DNA of 63,793 nucleotides, filler included, from Kipferlia bialata (lineage: Eukaryota), in assembly GCA_003568945.1 (NCBI GenBank). It is 7 parts of 7 records of this genome, joined end to end, with 100 filler letters (N's around TTAATTAATTAA, not from the genome) between each part and the next. Parts side by side here need not be neighbours in the genome. Positions count along the whole stretch, not along the records: positions 30,203 to 40,154 come from BDIP01001528.1; positions 40,255 to 50,202 come from BDIP01001529.1; positions 50,303 to 60,245 come from BDIP01001530.1; 4 more parts are not named here. One strand, 5' to 3'. The notes beneath the pieces are model-generated. The model was given only the letters and a program-made list of their open reading frames with translations. It was not told the DNA's origin and searched no databases. The number at the start of each line of letters is the position of its first letter. The stretch's first letter is position 1. The position numbers and the translations under genes were made by a program. Of this stretch, positions 36,801 to 50,393 are shown one piece after another.

Positions 36801-39800
36801 GGCGTGTACTAGAGTGGAAACCCCATTTCCGGCTGCAATACTAACCTGAACAGGAGAGTCTGATGTTAAGCTTGGCACAGCAGCGTGGTAACTACTCTAG
36901 TGACTTCCTGTAAGTGATTACCGAAGACTCCTTTGACACTATCCACTCACCCATGGCCATATTGGATACGACCCAAGCAGCCTCTGACACAATGTCTGGC
37001 TCTCTCTGCTTCTGACAGACATCGGGGGTAGGAGAGGATGGGGAGGAGGGTAGTGAGGGCAAGGGAGATATCAGACCCAGCATGACCTCGTGGCACTTGA
37101 GCGCTTGCAAGACAGGGCGAATAGGAGCTAGGGTGGGTTGTTACAGATACGAAGTGCAAGCGGTCTATATACGTGTCAAAGAAGGGACATTGGCATACCT
37201 TCGTCAGCCAGAGCCCTGAGGCACCTCAGGACACAGCAGGCGGTAACTGCATCAGAGGAGTGTTCTTGTACTGCCTGAAGCAGCATGGGTACAGCACCTA
37301 CTGCTACCAGACCAGACAGTCTCTCGGAGGCTGGGTGAGAATAATCACACTATGAACCAGTACATAGTATACTTGAATGATGAATGATAGTTCACAGCTG
37401 AATCACCCCACCTTTCGATCCAAGGGCCAGTAGTACCCTAGCACCGTCGGCAACAACCATGGCACTACCCATGTGCTTGACAAGGGCAGACACTACGACA
37501 GCAGGAGCATTGAGTTCATACACCATGGGCACGTTGCCCGCTGGTATGAGCATGTGACACCCTAATAGTACAAATGTCGATGGTACTGAGATTATCTTCT
37601 ACATCAATGCTACACAAATGCATCCTAGTGGCAATGAGTGGATGACCATTGAGTCTCTTACCTTCTGATACAATCTGGTTTAGAGACCACATTGCAGACT
37701 CAACCTCGGTCCCTGTCCCAGCTGGATCAGACAGTAGCCCGAGGAGGCGCGTCACCTGCCCAAGTAACTGTAGATTCTTCTCTCTTAGCCTGTCCTTCTC
37801 TCTCTGTACTTCTGCCTCCTTCTGTCGCTGAATCTCCCTTTGTCTCTCTGCCTCCCTCTCTTCTCTCTCCTTTTCCAGCCTCTGTTTCCTCTCTAATTCT
37901 CTCCGTCGCTCTTCCTCTCTCTTCCTCTCCTTCTGTCTCTGTATTTCCTTCTCTCTCTTGCGGCTCTTCTCCAACTGTCTCTTCTTCTCTGTCTCCCTCT
38001 CTAAGTTCTCACGTGCAATTCTTTCCTGATTTATGAGACAAGGATATTCGGATCTATTCATAACACACACTCTCTCAACGGACCCTACTGTACTATCCCA
38101 GTCAGACGAATTCTCACCTTGTTCTTCTTTTCTAGGGCCGCAGTGACTTCTTGAGGAGGTTCCACCCTAAGAACAGTGCTAGCGCTAGCCTCAGCCGGTA
38201 GCGCTACAGGGCCTAGTACAGCACTCCCTCCAGTAGTGCCCTGCATGATAAGAAGTGTTGTATTATTAGTGGTGATGGCAGAATGGTACTCGAACACAGT
38301 ATACATCTTGCACTGTGTCTATCAGGAGTCTTGGTTCAAGACCTTACCTTCTTGATCCCCGTGATGCCTTGCTCCTGCATCAGACACCTGACATAGGGTC
38401 TGTAGAGTGGGACTATACTGTACTCAGTGGAGAAGAAGCCAGTCCTGGTGACATCAAGGAGGCCAGATGTCACGAGTGTCTCCCAGTGTAAGCTGCCGTA
38501 CACGTCTGTGAGTGCTGTCTGGTCTATACTGGCAGAGACGTCCCCCAGTAGGGTGAGGAAGGGCCCGAACACTGAGGGTATGACGTCCTTGACAATACCC
38601 ATCCTGTGGAGGATGGTGTCTGCTGACTTGTCCAGGGGGTGTCTGAAGACTGGCATGAAGGAGGGAACGTCTCGGGGGTCGGGGACGGTGCCAGTTCTGC
38701 CTGCATACTCAGCTATGAGACCCAGGATGTAGGGCTTGCGGCACATCTCTCTCAGAGGTGGGGGGAGAGAGGGGGTGTCCAGCCCATAGAGACCGAGGGC
38801 AGTGGGCAGCTCGGCATCTGAGAACTCGGACAGTTCCACAGAAGAGTGCGAGGTGCTGGACACACCATCAGGAGAGAAGAGATGGGCCCCCAGCTCCCTC
38901 TCCTTAGCAGTGATGTATGCACTGCCGGTCCACGCACTGGTTCGACAGGTTAGGAGGACAAGGGCGTGGCCATCCACAGCCTGGGTGAGAGGGTACCCAC
39001 ATGACAGTATGATATCTATGTACAATTATCGACCGGTATAGCTACTGATGTGTGTATATACACACCTGCAAGAACTGTGTCACCCACTGCAGGGCGTCCT
39101 GTCTACCCTCGGCAGACGTCACCTCGTCTAGCCCATCCAGCACAAACACGGGAGTCTTGCCCCTGACATCAGGCTGCACAGACAGTTGCCATACAGCATA
39201 TATGTCAGATACTGTATATATATATATATAACTAACCTGGCGTGCAGGCTGCGGCACCGCTCTGCTGTCTCTGTGGGAGTGGACACGTTAAAGTAGGCAC
39301 CCATGCTCTTCTCTATCCCGCCCCTGAGGATAATGAAGAAGGGTATCAGACAGTAGGCACTCCCAAGAGGGGTGGCAGGGGGGGTGTCTGCGGCACATAG
39401 GCTGTGTGCAAAGTGGGCAGCGTTCCATGTCTTGCCGAGTCCCATCTGGGCCAGGAGGACGAAGAGAGACCTCTCTGCAGTCTTGCCTGAGAGACACTGT
39501 CTTGAGAAGTCGGACAGGGTGTTCTGGAGGAGGGTGGAGACATAGCGACCCGGCTGGTAGGGGACCCCAAACTCACTCCTCAGACACTGCTCCTGTAGCA
39601 GACACCTGGCTAGCTAGGGGTGAGGGAGGGTGGGCATTTATGAGGTGAGTAAGAAAGCTGAAGTGGGGGAATAGAAGAGAGAGAGAGATGTGGCCCACCT
39701 GTCTGCTCTCATCCACAGACATGTGCTCCAGATTGGCGGTATACCCCTTGAGCAGGGTAGACATACTCTGGGTCAGGGACTCTACTGCATCAAGGCATGT

Positions 39801-40084
39801 GTTGCACTGAGGGTGAGGGGGGGGGGGGTGATCAGTGTCTATAGTGACAAGAGCAGATATAGTCGATGGACGCTCAATCATCTGCATGAGCAACTGGAGT
39901 GTGCATATATACATATACATACCTGTGCGTTGAGGAAGGAGAGCTCCCCCTGTACTGTGTCCAGACACGACTGCAGCTGGGTAAGGTGCTCCTGTATGCA
40001 CTGGTCCCTCTGCCTCTGCTCTGACACCCATCCCTGAAGCAGGGCACGTAGGTCAGAGTTCTCAGACCGCAGGAGGGAGAGGAC
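33860..40084 (-). CDS. NLR-like protein: coiled coil, NACHT/STAND NTPase, E/R coiled coil, armadillo repeats, C-terminal CaaX (CVCM); 5' truncated
   Basis: Walker A FVLLAQMGLGKTW (~39428-39465), Walker B VFVLDGLDEV (~39121-39150), sensor LLTCR, then LSEFSDAEL and MCRKPYILGL. Splices in frame into ARM-type exons (37412-37540, 37199-37330 and onward). Ends LAVEDESCVCM* (TAG 33860-33862). Confidence 0.75.
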
Positions 40085-40154
40085 CTGGGATGAGAAAGGT
40101 CGAGGAGAATTGTGGGTGGGGGGGGGGGGGGGGGGGTTGGACACAAACCGATGG

Positions 40155-40254
40155 NNNNNNNNNNNNNNNNNNNNNNNNNNNNNNNNNNNNNNNNNNNNTT
40201 AATTAATTAANNNNNNNNNNNNNNNNNNNNNNNNNNNNNNNNNNNNNNNNNNNN
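40155..40254. other. Artificial scaffold-joining spacer
   Basis: N block with TTAATTAATTAA. Confidence 0.97.
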
Positions 40255-40303
<49 letters not shown>

Positions 40304-41265
40304 GGGTGTTAGGATAAATATCGGAGATAGAAGACACTAGCCTTTAGACTATGTGCTATCCCACCTTCTATTAATGAGTGTACAAGAACACTAACAGTGA
40401 TATAACCCCATCATTGCCTCTCTCTCTCTAATAGACTAAATACGGCACCATGCATATCACCTATGTACACCCATTGATACCGTACAAACACCACCAACAC
40501 CGCCTTTTCTAGATAAATGTCACAAGATAGGGTATGTATAATGCTGCGTATAGAGAGCCGCTGACGCGATCATCAGGCAATGTCAGTGTATATACAGACA
40601 CAATATACACACTTAGAGTAGGGGGAATGTGGGAGGGGGGCTTCCCTCACACTATATAGGTAAAAATCGGATCCCTTATCTCATACTATACACGAATGGT
40701 CTGAACTGACTGCCTGACAATCGACAAACACCAACTATACACCATCACTCACACACCACATCTCTTTGACTATATATACCACAACCAGCGCACACCCACC
40801 TTGTTCTAGGGTGCTCTCTACAGATACGTGAACAGCAGTGCGCGGTTGCATACTATACTTGACTACTCGCCTAGAGGAGGAAGGCACGCCTAAATCACTC
40901 TCGTAACTCTCCTAAGTTTTGAGAGCAATATTGTTCTAACTCTCCCAGATTTTTAGAATTAATTAAATTCGACCCTCGCTTGTTTGTCATATTTGTCTTG
41001 AAGGGAGATGCTATCAATAAAATGAATCTCTTTGCTTTGGAGCCAAGCATCGGTCACTACATCTATCCTGTCATAGAACCTGACACTGTCTCACAACGCA
41101 TTTAATTAATGCGGCATTAATTATAGATACTCATAACCTTTTGAGAACTACTGAATAGAGACAACCCCAAATATATTCTGGAGAAGCTCTTCGCTCTCTC
41201 AGGTATATCACTCTGCCACCATTGAGTACATAGCCAGTATCAGTAATACTGATACTGATTCAGTA

Positions 41266-44259
41266 TCAGTACGGACATGTTGGTCCACTGGGTCCTACAA
41301 GTTGCAAGATTCCTGACTCCCTTCTGTAGGATTCCTACATAATAGGGTACTATGATAATAGCAGTCACTCTGCCACCATTGAGTACATGGCCAGTATCAC
41401 ATTGCCAATGTGACGCTGAGTATATTTATGCATCTGTCTATACCTGACAGACAAGCACACAATGAAAGAGTCTGCCACTGTTATCCATTGTTTCAACCCT
41501 CACATGATTCAGTCTGAGACTGAATCAGTCTCACTCTGCCACACTATAATTATGTGTAATTTGCCCTATAATTATAGTGCCACCATTGAGTACATGGCCA
41601 GTATGAGGTTGGGCACAGCAACTATCTGCAGGGCAAAGACACCTGGGGTGAGACATACCAAATATGGCCTCTTTACTAATAATATGTCACATATTAAATA
41701 TGTGGTATACTGAATAACGTTCACAGTGACTATCTGGAGAGCAAAGACACCTGGGGTGAGAGGTATGGTACTGATACTACTCTATATATGGTGAATAGCC
41801 TATATGTACTTGCCACAGTCACTATCTTGAGGGTATAGTATATGACATAACAATAGATAAGAATAGACACCTGAAATGAGATACAGAGGGTTTATACATA
41901 TTGTCAATCACTGTTTGAGTATTGTGAGGATACATTACCTATGAATAGACGAAGCAGGTAGGCCAACCCTTAGTTAAGGCAAGTACACACGTTCTGTCAA
42001 TTACTTACTGAGTGTTGTATACATCACCTATGAATATCCACTCCCACACTGGCAGTCCAACTGCTGGATACTCATGACAGTAACAGCTGGGCTGGAACAG
42101 GAATCTGATGTAAGGCAACAACATTTCTACAATACTCTTAGACGATAGCAAGATACATCCATAATTGCAAAACTAAACTAGTCAGCTGGGCTGGAAGTTC
42201 CAGCCTGGAACAGGTATCTGGTGTGAGGCGACCGTATGAGTCTCTGAGGTCATTAATTAAAAATCATTATGAATCATTAATCATTAATAATTGGAGTCAC
42301 ATTGGTGTTAGTCAGATTTTTATACAATAGTCTTGGTCCCAGACTTTGGATTTTGGAAGATATACCCATTCTTGCGAACTTGCATCAATTACCTACACGA
42401 CTCAGGGGCCTTTAGATACCACAGTAAGGAGTAGTCTGCTAGGAGGATGGGCAGTGCATTCTGGGCAATGAGACCTGCCACAATCATGTACAGAGCACGA
42501 CCCCTCTTCCTAGATACAACACTATCATCAACAGTGTCAGTGGGTATAACAGTCTCTACTACTGTGCAAATGGTGTCACTTTCTACACCATCAAGAGGCT
42601 CTGTATCATCTGGTTCAGGTACTGGATCAGCATCTGTGTATGTTGGATATGTATGTGTCAATACATCACCAGGGCCACCACTAACAGTACGTGCCACCAG
42701 ACGCTGAGACTCTGTTCCATCAGCCTTTCTGTCCTGTAGAGCTACGGGAGGGGAGTTGGCAGATGGCGCTCTCTGACTGTCTCTCTCTCTGTCTGTACCC
42801 TTCCCTATCTTGTATGTGTGCCACACCAGTCGGAGTATGGCTGCACCCAGCCAGTGGTACATGAGAATGAGGGTGTAGGTTCCTAGGGTTAGAAGAAACC
42901 ATTGGTACATATTAACATCTGGGTAATGTATGTAGTAGAATATGTATTCCATGTGGACCCAGCCAGTGGTACATGAGGATGTAGGTGTCTATTGTTAGAG
43001 ACAATAGTCTATTGTCTCTATCTATTGTCACAATAGATATTGACATACATACTTCTATAGCAAGGGGTAGAAGGGAGTGTTCCATTTATATCCAATACTA
43101 TATATGTTCCTTACCTACAAAGATGTACAGCAAGTACAGGTGCACCCACTCATTGGTCACTGTCTTCTCAGGAATCGTATAAGCAGTACCCATAAGGGTG
43201 AAGGTGTGCTGGTGGAAGGTCGCAAAAGGAAAGTTCGCCTCATTGACTATACCGACAAGGGACAGGGAGAGAGAACCGAAACGGAGCCATGTCACCTCGA
43301 AGCTAATTATCCACCGGTGCAACCGGTGAAGTATACCATGTTCACCCTTGGTCCGGTTAGGAGCACCGGCATTTGCCTTGTGTTGCTCTTTTAGTGTAAA
43401 TATACTCTCTGCGAGGGCACCAGGTAGGTAGAGCAGTCCAAGGCCAGCCACTGAGAGGTTAGACTCGGAGACAGCGCTGAACAAGATTCTACTACACTCC
43501 AGTAGTAGTCCACTGGATAGAGAAAGAGACTACTCTACTAAACTGTTATACGAATTCTTCATTCAGAAGTGTAGACGATTCATGATACCTACTAGTGTTA
43601 TTGAGAACATCCACCAGTAGGGTGTCATCTCGGGGTGGCCCAGGTCACTGGAGGTTAGTAGGACTTAGTACTCACAATCATGTATACACACACACATATA
43701 TAGGACACCGATACAGAGAGTGTCATACTGTAGTATATGAAATATATACTGTATTGTGTCTAGGTCACGTACCTGATGAAGTTGTGTGTCCATTTGTAGG
43801 AGAGGTATGGTCGGTTCTGGGTTAGGGACTTGCTAAGAAGAGATGTATGTATCAATGCTCTATTGGTAAGTCTCATTGAGGCACAACGATAGTGACAGAA
43901 GTCGGCCAAAGACGATGTCTATTTACTAGGCTTTGTACACGTAATTTGACACCAAGTAGGGCCTACTTAGTAGGCTACTATGATACTATTAGAAATAACC
44001 ATAGTTGTCTGACCTCCTTATTGTACATGTGCACACACACGCCTATCAAGACTGCCACACCTAAGAGTCAGACAATACCGTATATACACACGAGATATGA
44101 AACCATACATATATTAATAATGACAATGTACTTACATAGTAGAAACACTGGCACTACGACTCTGAAGTAGACGCGGTGTTGGGCAGGTGTGTGGCTTGCT
44201 TCCACAGAACCCACTTGTAGAGATGGTGCAGGGATTGCTAGCTGTGCTGCAGATACCAT
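41266..44259 (-). CDS. Hypothetical multi-pass membrane protein, multi-exon
   Basis: ATG 44259 (MVSAAQLA..RVVVPVFLL|CVAVLIGVCVHM); hydrophobic exons at ~43113-43490 and ~42393-42960; last exons GVFALQIVAVPNLILAMYSM|ESYRRESG..TCPY* (TGA 41266-41268). Confidence 0.6.
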
Positions 44260-44995
44260 TATGGTATAGAAAGACAGTCTGACTACCAAACTCTGGAACT
44301 GAGGATAGAGGACAGTAGACAGGAACAACAGGTGGAGCCGGTCACTAGACTCGACACTTTACCGGCCAGTGTATCTCCAAGAGCTCCTCTGGTCTTTGAA
44401 AAGACACATACAGATAGCCATGGTATCGGAGACCAGCCGCTGATTTTCAGAAGGGTATCTTTGAAGACGAGAGGGCATCAATACTCAATAGATGGAAGGG
44501 TTCAATTCTGGAGAGCATGCACTATATCTGACCAGATCAGGTATCTTTTGGACTTAGTGGAGTCAGTTATGTTGAACGATCACACATAAAACGGCGAGTA
44601 TTGTTACAATACTATTGGTAGAATACTATTGTACCTATTGCAAATTAGAATATTTGGCAGGGTAATACAGGACAATTTGCCATGTATTGACAAACTGAGG
44701 ATGTATTCCTTGTCACTGTAGATTCCAAAGATAACCATCGAATTTTACACAATCACAATCACTTCCGATGTATCGACACACCAATTTAGTCCACAGGAGA
44801 GCCTCTCCGTCACTATCTAAAAGAACACCAGCGAGTGCCATAATGGAAACTGTCCAAACGTTCACTATTACACATAAAAATACAATACAGGCGCATATAC
44901 ATCACTTCAAGCCATCTCTCTCCTACTCTCTCTCTCTCTCTCTCCCCTCTCTTATTGATGGGGATACACGTGGAGTATGCAACCAATAGGCTAGG

Positions 44996-45037
<42 letters not shown>

Positions 45038-45040
45038 CTC

Positions 45041-48000
45041 CTACTCCACTGTCTCAATACCCATGTCATTGAGGGCAAGGGGCATGAACACACTCATGCC
45101 TGGGGTAAGGGATATATGATACATACGCCCATACACACATACGTATATACTGTATAGACACCCATACCTCCCCCTCTCATTGATCTGTGGTGCCTACTGT
45201 TCCCGTATAGAGACGACCTCTGCCTGGGGGGTCGGGGTGAGGGCTCGGCCCGGGGGGACCTGGGGGTGAGCCCTAAGAGAGAGGCAGAATAGTAAATATC
45301 CACCAAAGAGAAAGACATTGAAAATATAGACATATATTGAAGGTTGTCGGCCCTGTGGCGAATATATATATATACACATTTACGAATCCACATATTGGTA
45401 AGTCTGAACACACCATAATGATAATGACTAGACTTGAGTGACAGTTTTGGGTGTATACACAGTATACAAGATACTTTGATCCCTGTGCCCCTGTGTTGCT
45501 GTCCCCTAAAGTATATATATACATAAGTACATATATATATATATATATATATCCCTACCAATACATATATACATATAATACACTATATAATAGAATATAC
45601 CTTAACACCTGTGCCCCTGTGTTGCTGTCCCCTATAGTATATATATATAAGTATATATTCATACCAATTACTATATATATATAATACACTATATATATAA
45701 TACTATACCTTGACCCCTGTGCCCCTGTGTTGCTGTCCCCTATATATGTATATATATACATATCTATAAGTATATATTCTTACCAATACACATACATATA
45801 TATACATATATATTCACCTTGACCCCTGTGCCCCTGTGTTGCTGTCCCCGATAGTGTTACGGGACAGCTGGGGTTTGCCTAGGGTGAGGTCATACATATA
45901 ATACAGTACTTATCATATTGTGTATAGCTGGGGCTTGCCTAGGGTGAGATACACTGTGTATAGGAAATATACAGTATATAATAGTGAGTAGTATAGTAAA
46001 TAATTCTGATAGGTGTTACGGGACAGCTGGGGCTTGCCTAGGGGGTGAGATAGAGTATGTATACGCATATCCACGGAGAGACAGGATCCTCTCAGAGTAT
46101 ACTGTAAAGAATAGTATATGTTACTCACTTGCTGTCCTCCTAGCGTTCTGCAGTCTCCTGGGTGTCCTGGATGCACTACTACCCATGGCGGGAGAGGAGG
46201 CAGAGGAGGCCAGGATGGTGTCCTTAATCACACTAGTTGCATCTAGTATGTAAGAAAGAGAGAGAGAGAGAGAGGCAGAAAGGGCCGAATACCCAGTCTA
46301 TATCCATACGTACTTGCACCGACAGGTATTGTATACACTAATACAATGCACTACACTACTCTAATCACTATATATACGTACTTGCCCCGACCGGTTGTTG
46401 CATCTAGGGTTAGATGGAGAAAGAGAGACATTTGGTGACAGGACAACAATATATAATACTGTATATACATCCATACGTACTTGCCCCAACCGGTGTCGGA
46501 TGTAGCAGGTGGGTATCATAAATGTACATGTGAATACAGGACAACAACAGGTCAACGGATATATTATACTATATATATATATCACTATGCACGTACTTGC
46601 CCCGACCGGTGTGGGATGCAGCAGGTGGGTGTTGCTGCGCTGTCTAGTCATCGTCATCTGCCTAGAGGGTTAGAGGTATAATATATACACACTATAGATA
46701 CATATTAGTACGAAGCTATACTACTAATTATTATGGCTGCGCTGTCCGGTCATGGTCATCTGCCTAAGGGGTTAGTAGGTAAACAAAGTCATAGATGGGT
46801 AATTCATGATATGTATATACTATATATAGAGTATGTATGTGTGAATACACTCACTTGTACTCAATGGGCGGGGGTGGCTTGGACGCCTCAGCGGCATATC
46901 TCTTGAGCTCAGACTCGCTGTCTCTCCTGCGCCTGAAGGTGAGTGTCTGAGAGGCCCTTTGGCAAATATGCATCTATGTAGCTATGCTTCAATTTATATA
47001 GTGTACTCATACCTCGCTGCATCAGCCAGCTGTCTGTCCCTCTCTGACTCAGTTGGACCCTGCACAATGGAGGGACGTCTAGTCTCTGGATATTAGGGGT
47101 TTGGAGCACTTTAGAAAGGGCGTAGGTCGATGTAAAAGGGGTATATCCTGGATACCAACCTGCTGCTGCGACCACGCACTATATAAAGGGTGAAGTGTGC
47201 CATTACATATATAGGAGTAAATCGATGTATATGAGGTGTAGTGTGGATACTAACCTGCTGCTGCGACGACACAAGGCTCCACAGTCTTGACTGGCTGTCC
47301 CTTGCTCTCTCTCTCTCTCTCCAGGTCAATGAGTCTCTCTCTCTCCCTGCCACGGGCAGAACCTATAGTCAGAGAGGTAACACCACGCAATGCACTCATA
47401 TGCTGAAGTCCTGTTACCTATTGACTCTCTTCTACGCTTCGCATCCTCCTTCTCTCTCTCCCTCTCTCTGCGGCGCTCTCCTGAAGGGTCAGAGGGAGGT
47501 TGCATATACATACTAATATACAGAATACAGTATATACACAGATGTACATGCCCACTATGTTCCTCATCCTGGGACTGATATACCAATGATGAATATCACA
47601 GATTGTCAGTGATGTATCTATTATCATATAAGAATCTATATAATCACTCACCAACTACTATACAGTATACATCATACATCTATGTATAAATAAATAACAC
47701 ATACCCACTATGTTCCTCATCCTGGGACTGGAGTATATATATGATATAGTACATTGTACATAGTATATATTATATATATACATACATATAAATATATATG
47801 TATTTAGTATACATACCCACTATGTTTCTCATCCTGGGACTGGAGTAGCCCTGTCTGGCAGAGCCCCTCTCTCCCTTGTCCCTCTCTCTCTCCCTCTCCC
47901 TATCAGTCTCACCATCCCAGCCTGGGGTAAGTCACTAATAACACCTATAACTACTATATCCAGTGTCAACACTATATCTACGTATATAGTCATTGTACGT

Positions 48001-50176
48001 ACCCCAACCACTATCAGAGCTGTCCCCATAGCTCTCTCTCTCTCTCTCTCCACCCTTCTTACCCTTAGGGGGTGTGGGTACAGCGTATCTAGGCATAGGG
48101 AGGGTGGGTAGGGGAGGGGAGGGAGACACAGAGCGGGAGAGTGGGGATCTCGCATTGGTTCTCTCTCTCTCTCTCTCCCTGACCCTCTCCCTCTGACTCT
48201 CCCTCTCCTGTTGGAGTCTGGGGGTGCGGGGGGAGGCAAAGTGCGTGTTGCCATACCTACAGTGAGGTATACACACAGAGGGGAGAGAGACAGAGAGAGA
48301 GAGAGATAATACTCATGTATTATTAATATTAATATTATTTACACAATATAATAATATGCACCTGCCACTCCTTGGTCGTGTTGTCTGTGCAAAGGATGGT
48401 GCATCCCCATCACTCTCTCTCTCTCTATCATCCTCTCTCTCAGGTGGCACAGAGGCACCCAGAAGGGAGGTGGTGCCTTCGATTAGGTACTATATATAGT
48501 TGTATACATACATATGTAAGAGTAATATATATATACTTGGTGGGACAGAGGCACCCAGAAGGGAGGTGGTGCCAAGGATGAGGTATCACAATGTGTATGT
48601 TAATCAAAGACCAATAGAAAGAGATGTCTACGGCATCCTAATGATCATTGTATTGCTATTTGGATATATACTAATGTTCTAACTTGACTTATCAGCATCC
48701 CATGCCACACTGGCACTCCAAGACATGTATATATATATATATGCAGTGATCCCAAAGTGTACACTCATACAAAAATCTAACAACCACTTACCTAGCAGTA
48801 TCTCCTGTCTTAGTGCCGCACTTGCACTCAGATAGGCAGAGGGGTTGGAGGCAGTGTTCCACCTGAGAGATTAGACAATATATATAATAATATACAATAT
48901 ATAAATTAATATATATACAATGTATATCATATAATACATTGATATACAAATTGTATGCATGTGATGCATAGTACATATCCACAGGTAGAGGGATTGGAGG
49001 CAGTGTTCCATCTAGAGGTAAGAACATTGCGCATTGTGATAAACACATATAATACCAGTAGAAAACTGTATATGTACCTCCTGACAGGCTTTGCCTTGAC
49101 ACTCATAAGATAGTATACAATACATACAATACATATAATATTGTCCACATAGTATATATACAAATATATAAAGTAATGTACATGTACCTCCTGGCCGGCT
49201 TTGCCTTGACACTCACGTCCAGCACCTTTACCCTCTGTCTCTCTCTCTCCCTCCCTGGCCTCTCTCTCTCTCTCTCCTCCAGCACAGAGACCAAGGGCCT
49301 ATCAACCACCCTCACTCTCTCCTTAGGCACCACACGCTGCCTACGCCCATTCTGCCGAGAGTACTGCCTCTCTCTCTCTCCTGGCCCCCTAGCACTCATT
49401 AGATTAGTGGTAGCACTCATTAGATTAGTGTGCTTACTGGGGACTCTGGCCGATAGGAACCCTGGGGGCTGCGTAGAGGCAGGGAGGGAGAGGGAGAGAC
49501 GGTCGGAGAACATAGAGTCCTGGGGGTGAGTGGCATTATAGACAATCAATACAATTAAGAGTAATACATATGCATACATATAGGTATATTTGCAAAATAT
49601 ATAGCAGTCAGAGAACATGGAGTCCTGGGGGTAAGTCATCATGTAGATATGAACTTTGACACTATTCACCATGGTATACACTACCCATACCGTATCCACT
49701 GGTGTCATCAGTATGTCATCCATGCCCACTCTATCGGTGTCCCTCTCCTCACTCTCTCTATATATATATATGTGTGTCCATACCGTGGATATTGGTGTCA
49801 TTAGCATGTCATCCATGCCCACTCTGTCGGTGTCACTCTCCTCACTCTCTGTGCTCCTCTCTCTAGAGGGTCTCTCTCTAGAGGGCTGTGATTGTCTCTC
49901 CCCCACACTCTCCCTCCGGCCATTCCGGGGGCCCTGCGTACTGAATGTCAGTATTGACAAAGGCTAATACAAAGGATAATAATTACGATAAATATATAGA
50001 TATATAATTAAGACAATAATTGAGATGAAACATAATTCCAAAGAAATACAAATGAAAGACTATAAGTATACTGGTACAATATCTGCGCACCTCTCCAGTA
50101 TTGACTTACGCCTCTCCCTCTCTGTCCCCCTCTTGCCACTCTTGCCAGTCTGAGTGAGGAAGGTGGAGTCACTGGC
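45041..50176 (-). CDS. Hypothetical low-complexity R/E/S-rich protein, many short exons, 5' truncated
   Basis: GC-rich exons bounded by GT/AG within (TA)n introns; ends GMSVFMPLALNDMGIETVE* (TAG 45041-45043). Confidence 0.55.
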
Positions 50177-50202
50177 CTGGAGGGTTAGATACATATGCAC
50201 TC

Positions 50203-50302
50203 NNNNNNNNNNNNNNNNNNNNNNNNNNNNNNNNNNNNNNNNNNNNTTAATTAATTAANNNNNNNNNNNNNNNNNNNNNNNNNNNNNNNNNNNNNNNNNN
50301 NN
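50203..50302. other. Artificial scaffold-joining spacer
   Basis: N block with TTAATTAATTAA. Confidence 0.97.
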
Positions 50303-50393
50303 CCCTGCGTTGAGATCGAGATCCAGCAATCTGAAATTTCGAAAAGTCCAATACTCTTAGACTTCTGTTCAGCGGCAAGGAGTATCAGACACC

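Noticed and set aside
40255..40301. Poly-G/poly-C tracts at scaffold ends (also ~9925, 19990, 24298, 63755) as telomeric or functional G4 elements
   Set aside because: Simple homopolymers where assemblies break; lengths are unreliable and no telomeric repeat unit is present.
41266..44259. CAS1/RWA O-acetyltransferase identity for the membrane protein
   Set aside because: Only scattered similarity (YIFYYI, LMYH); the diagnostic EWKGWMQ motif is absent.
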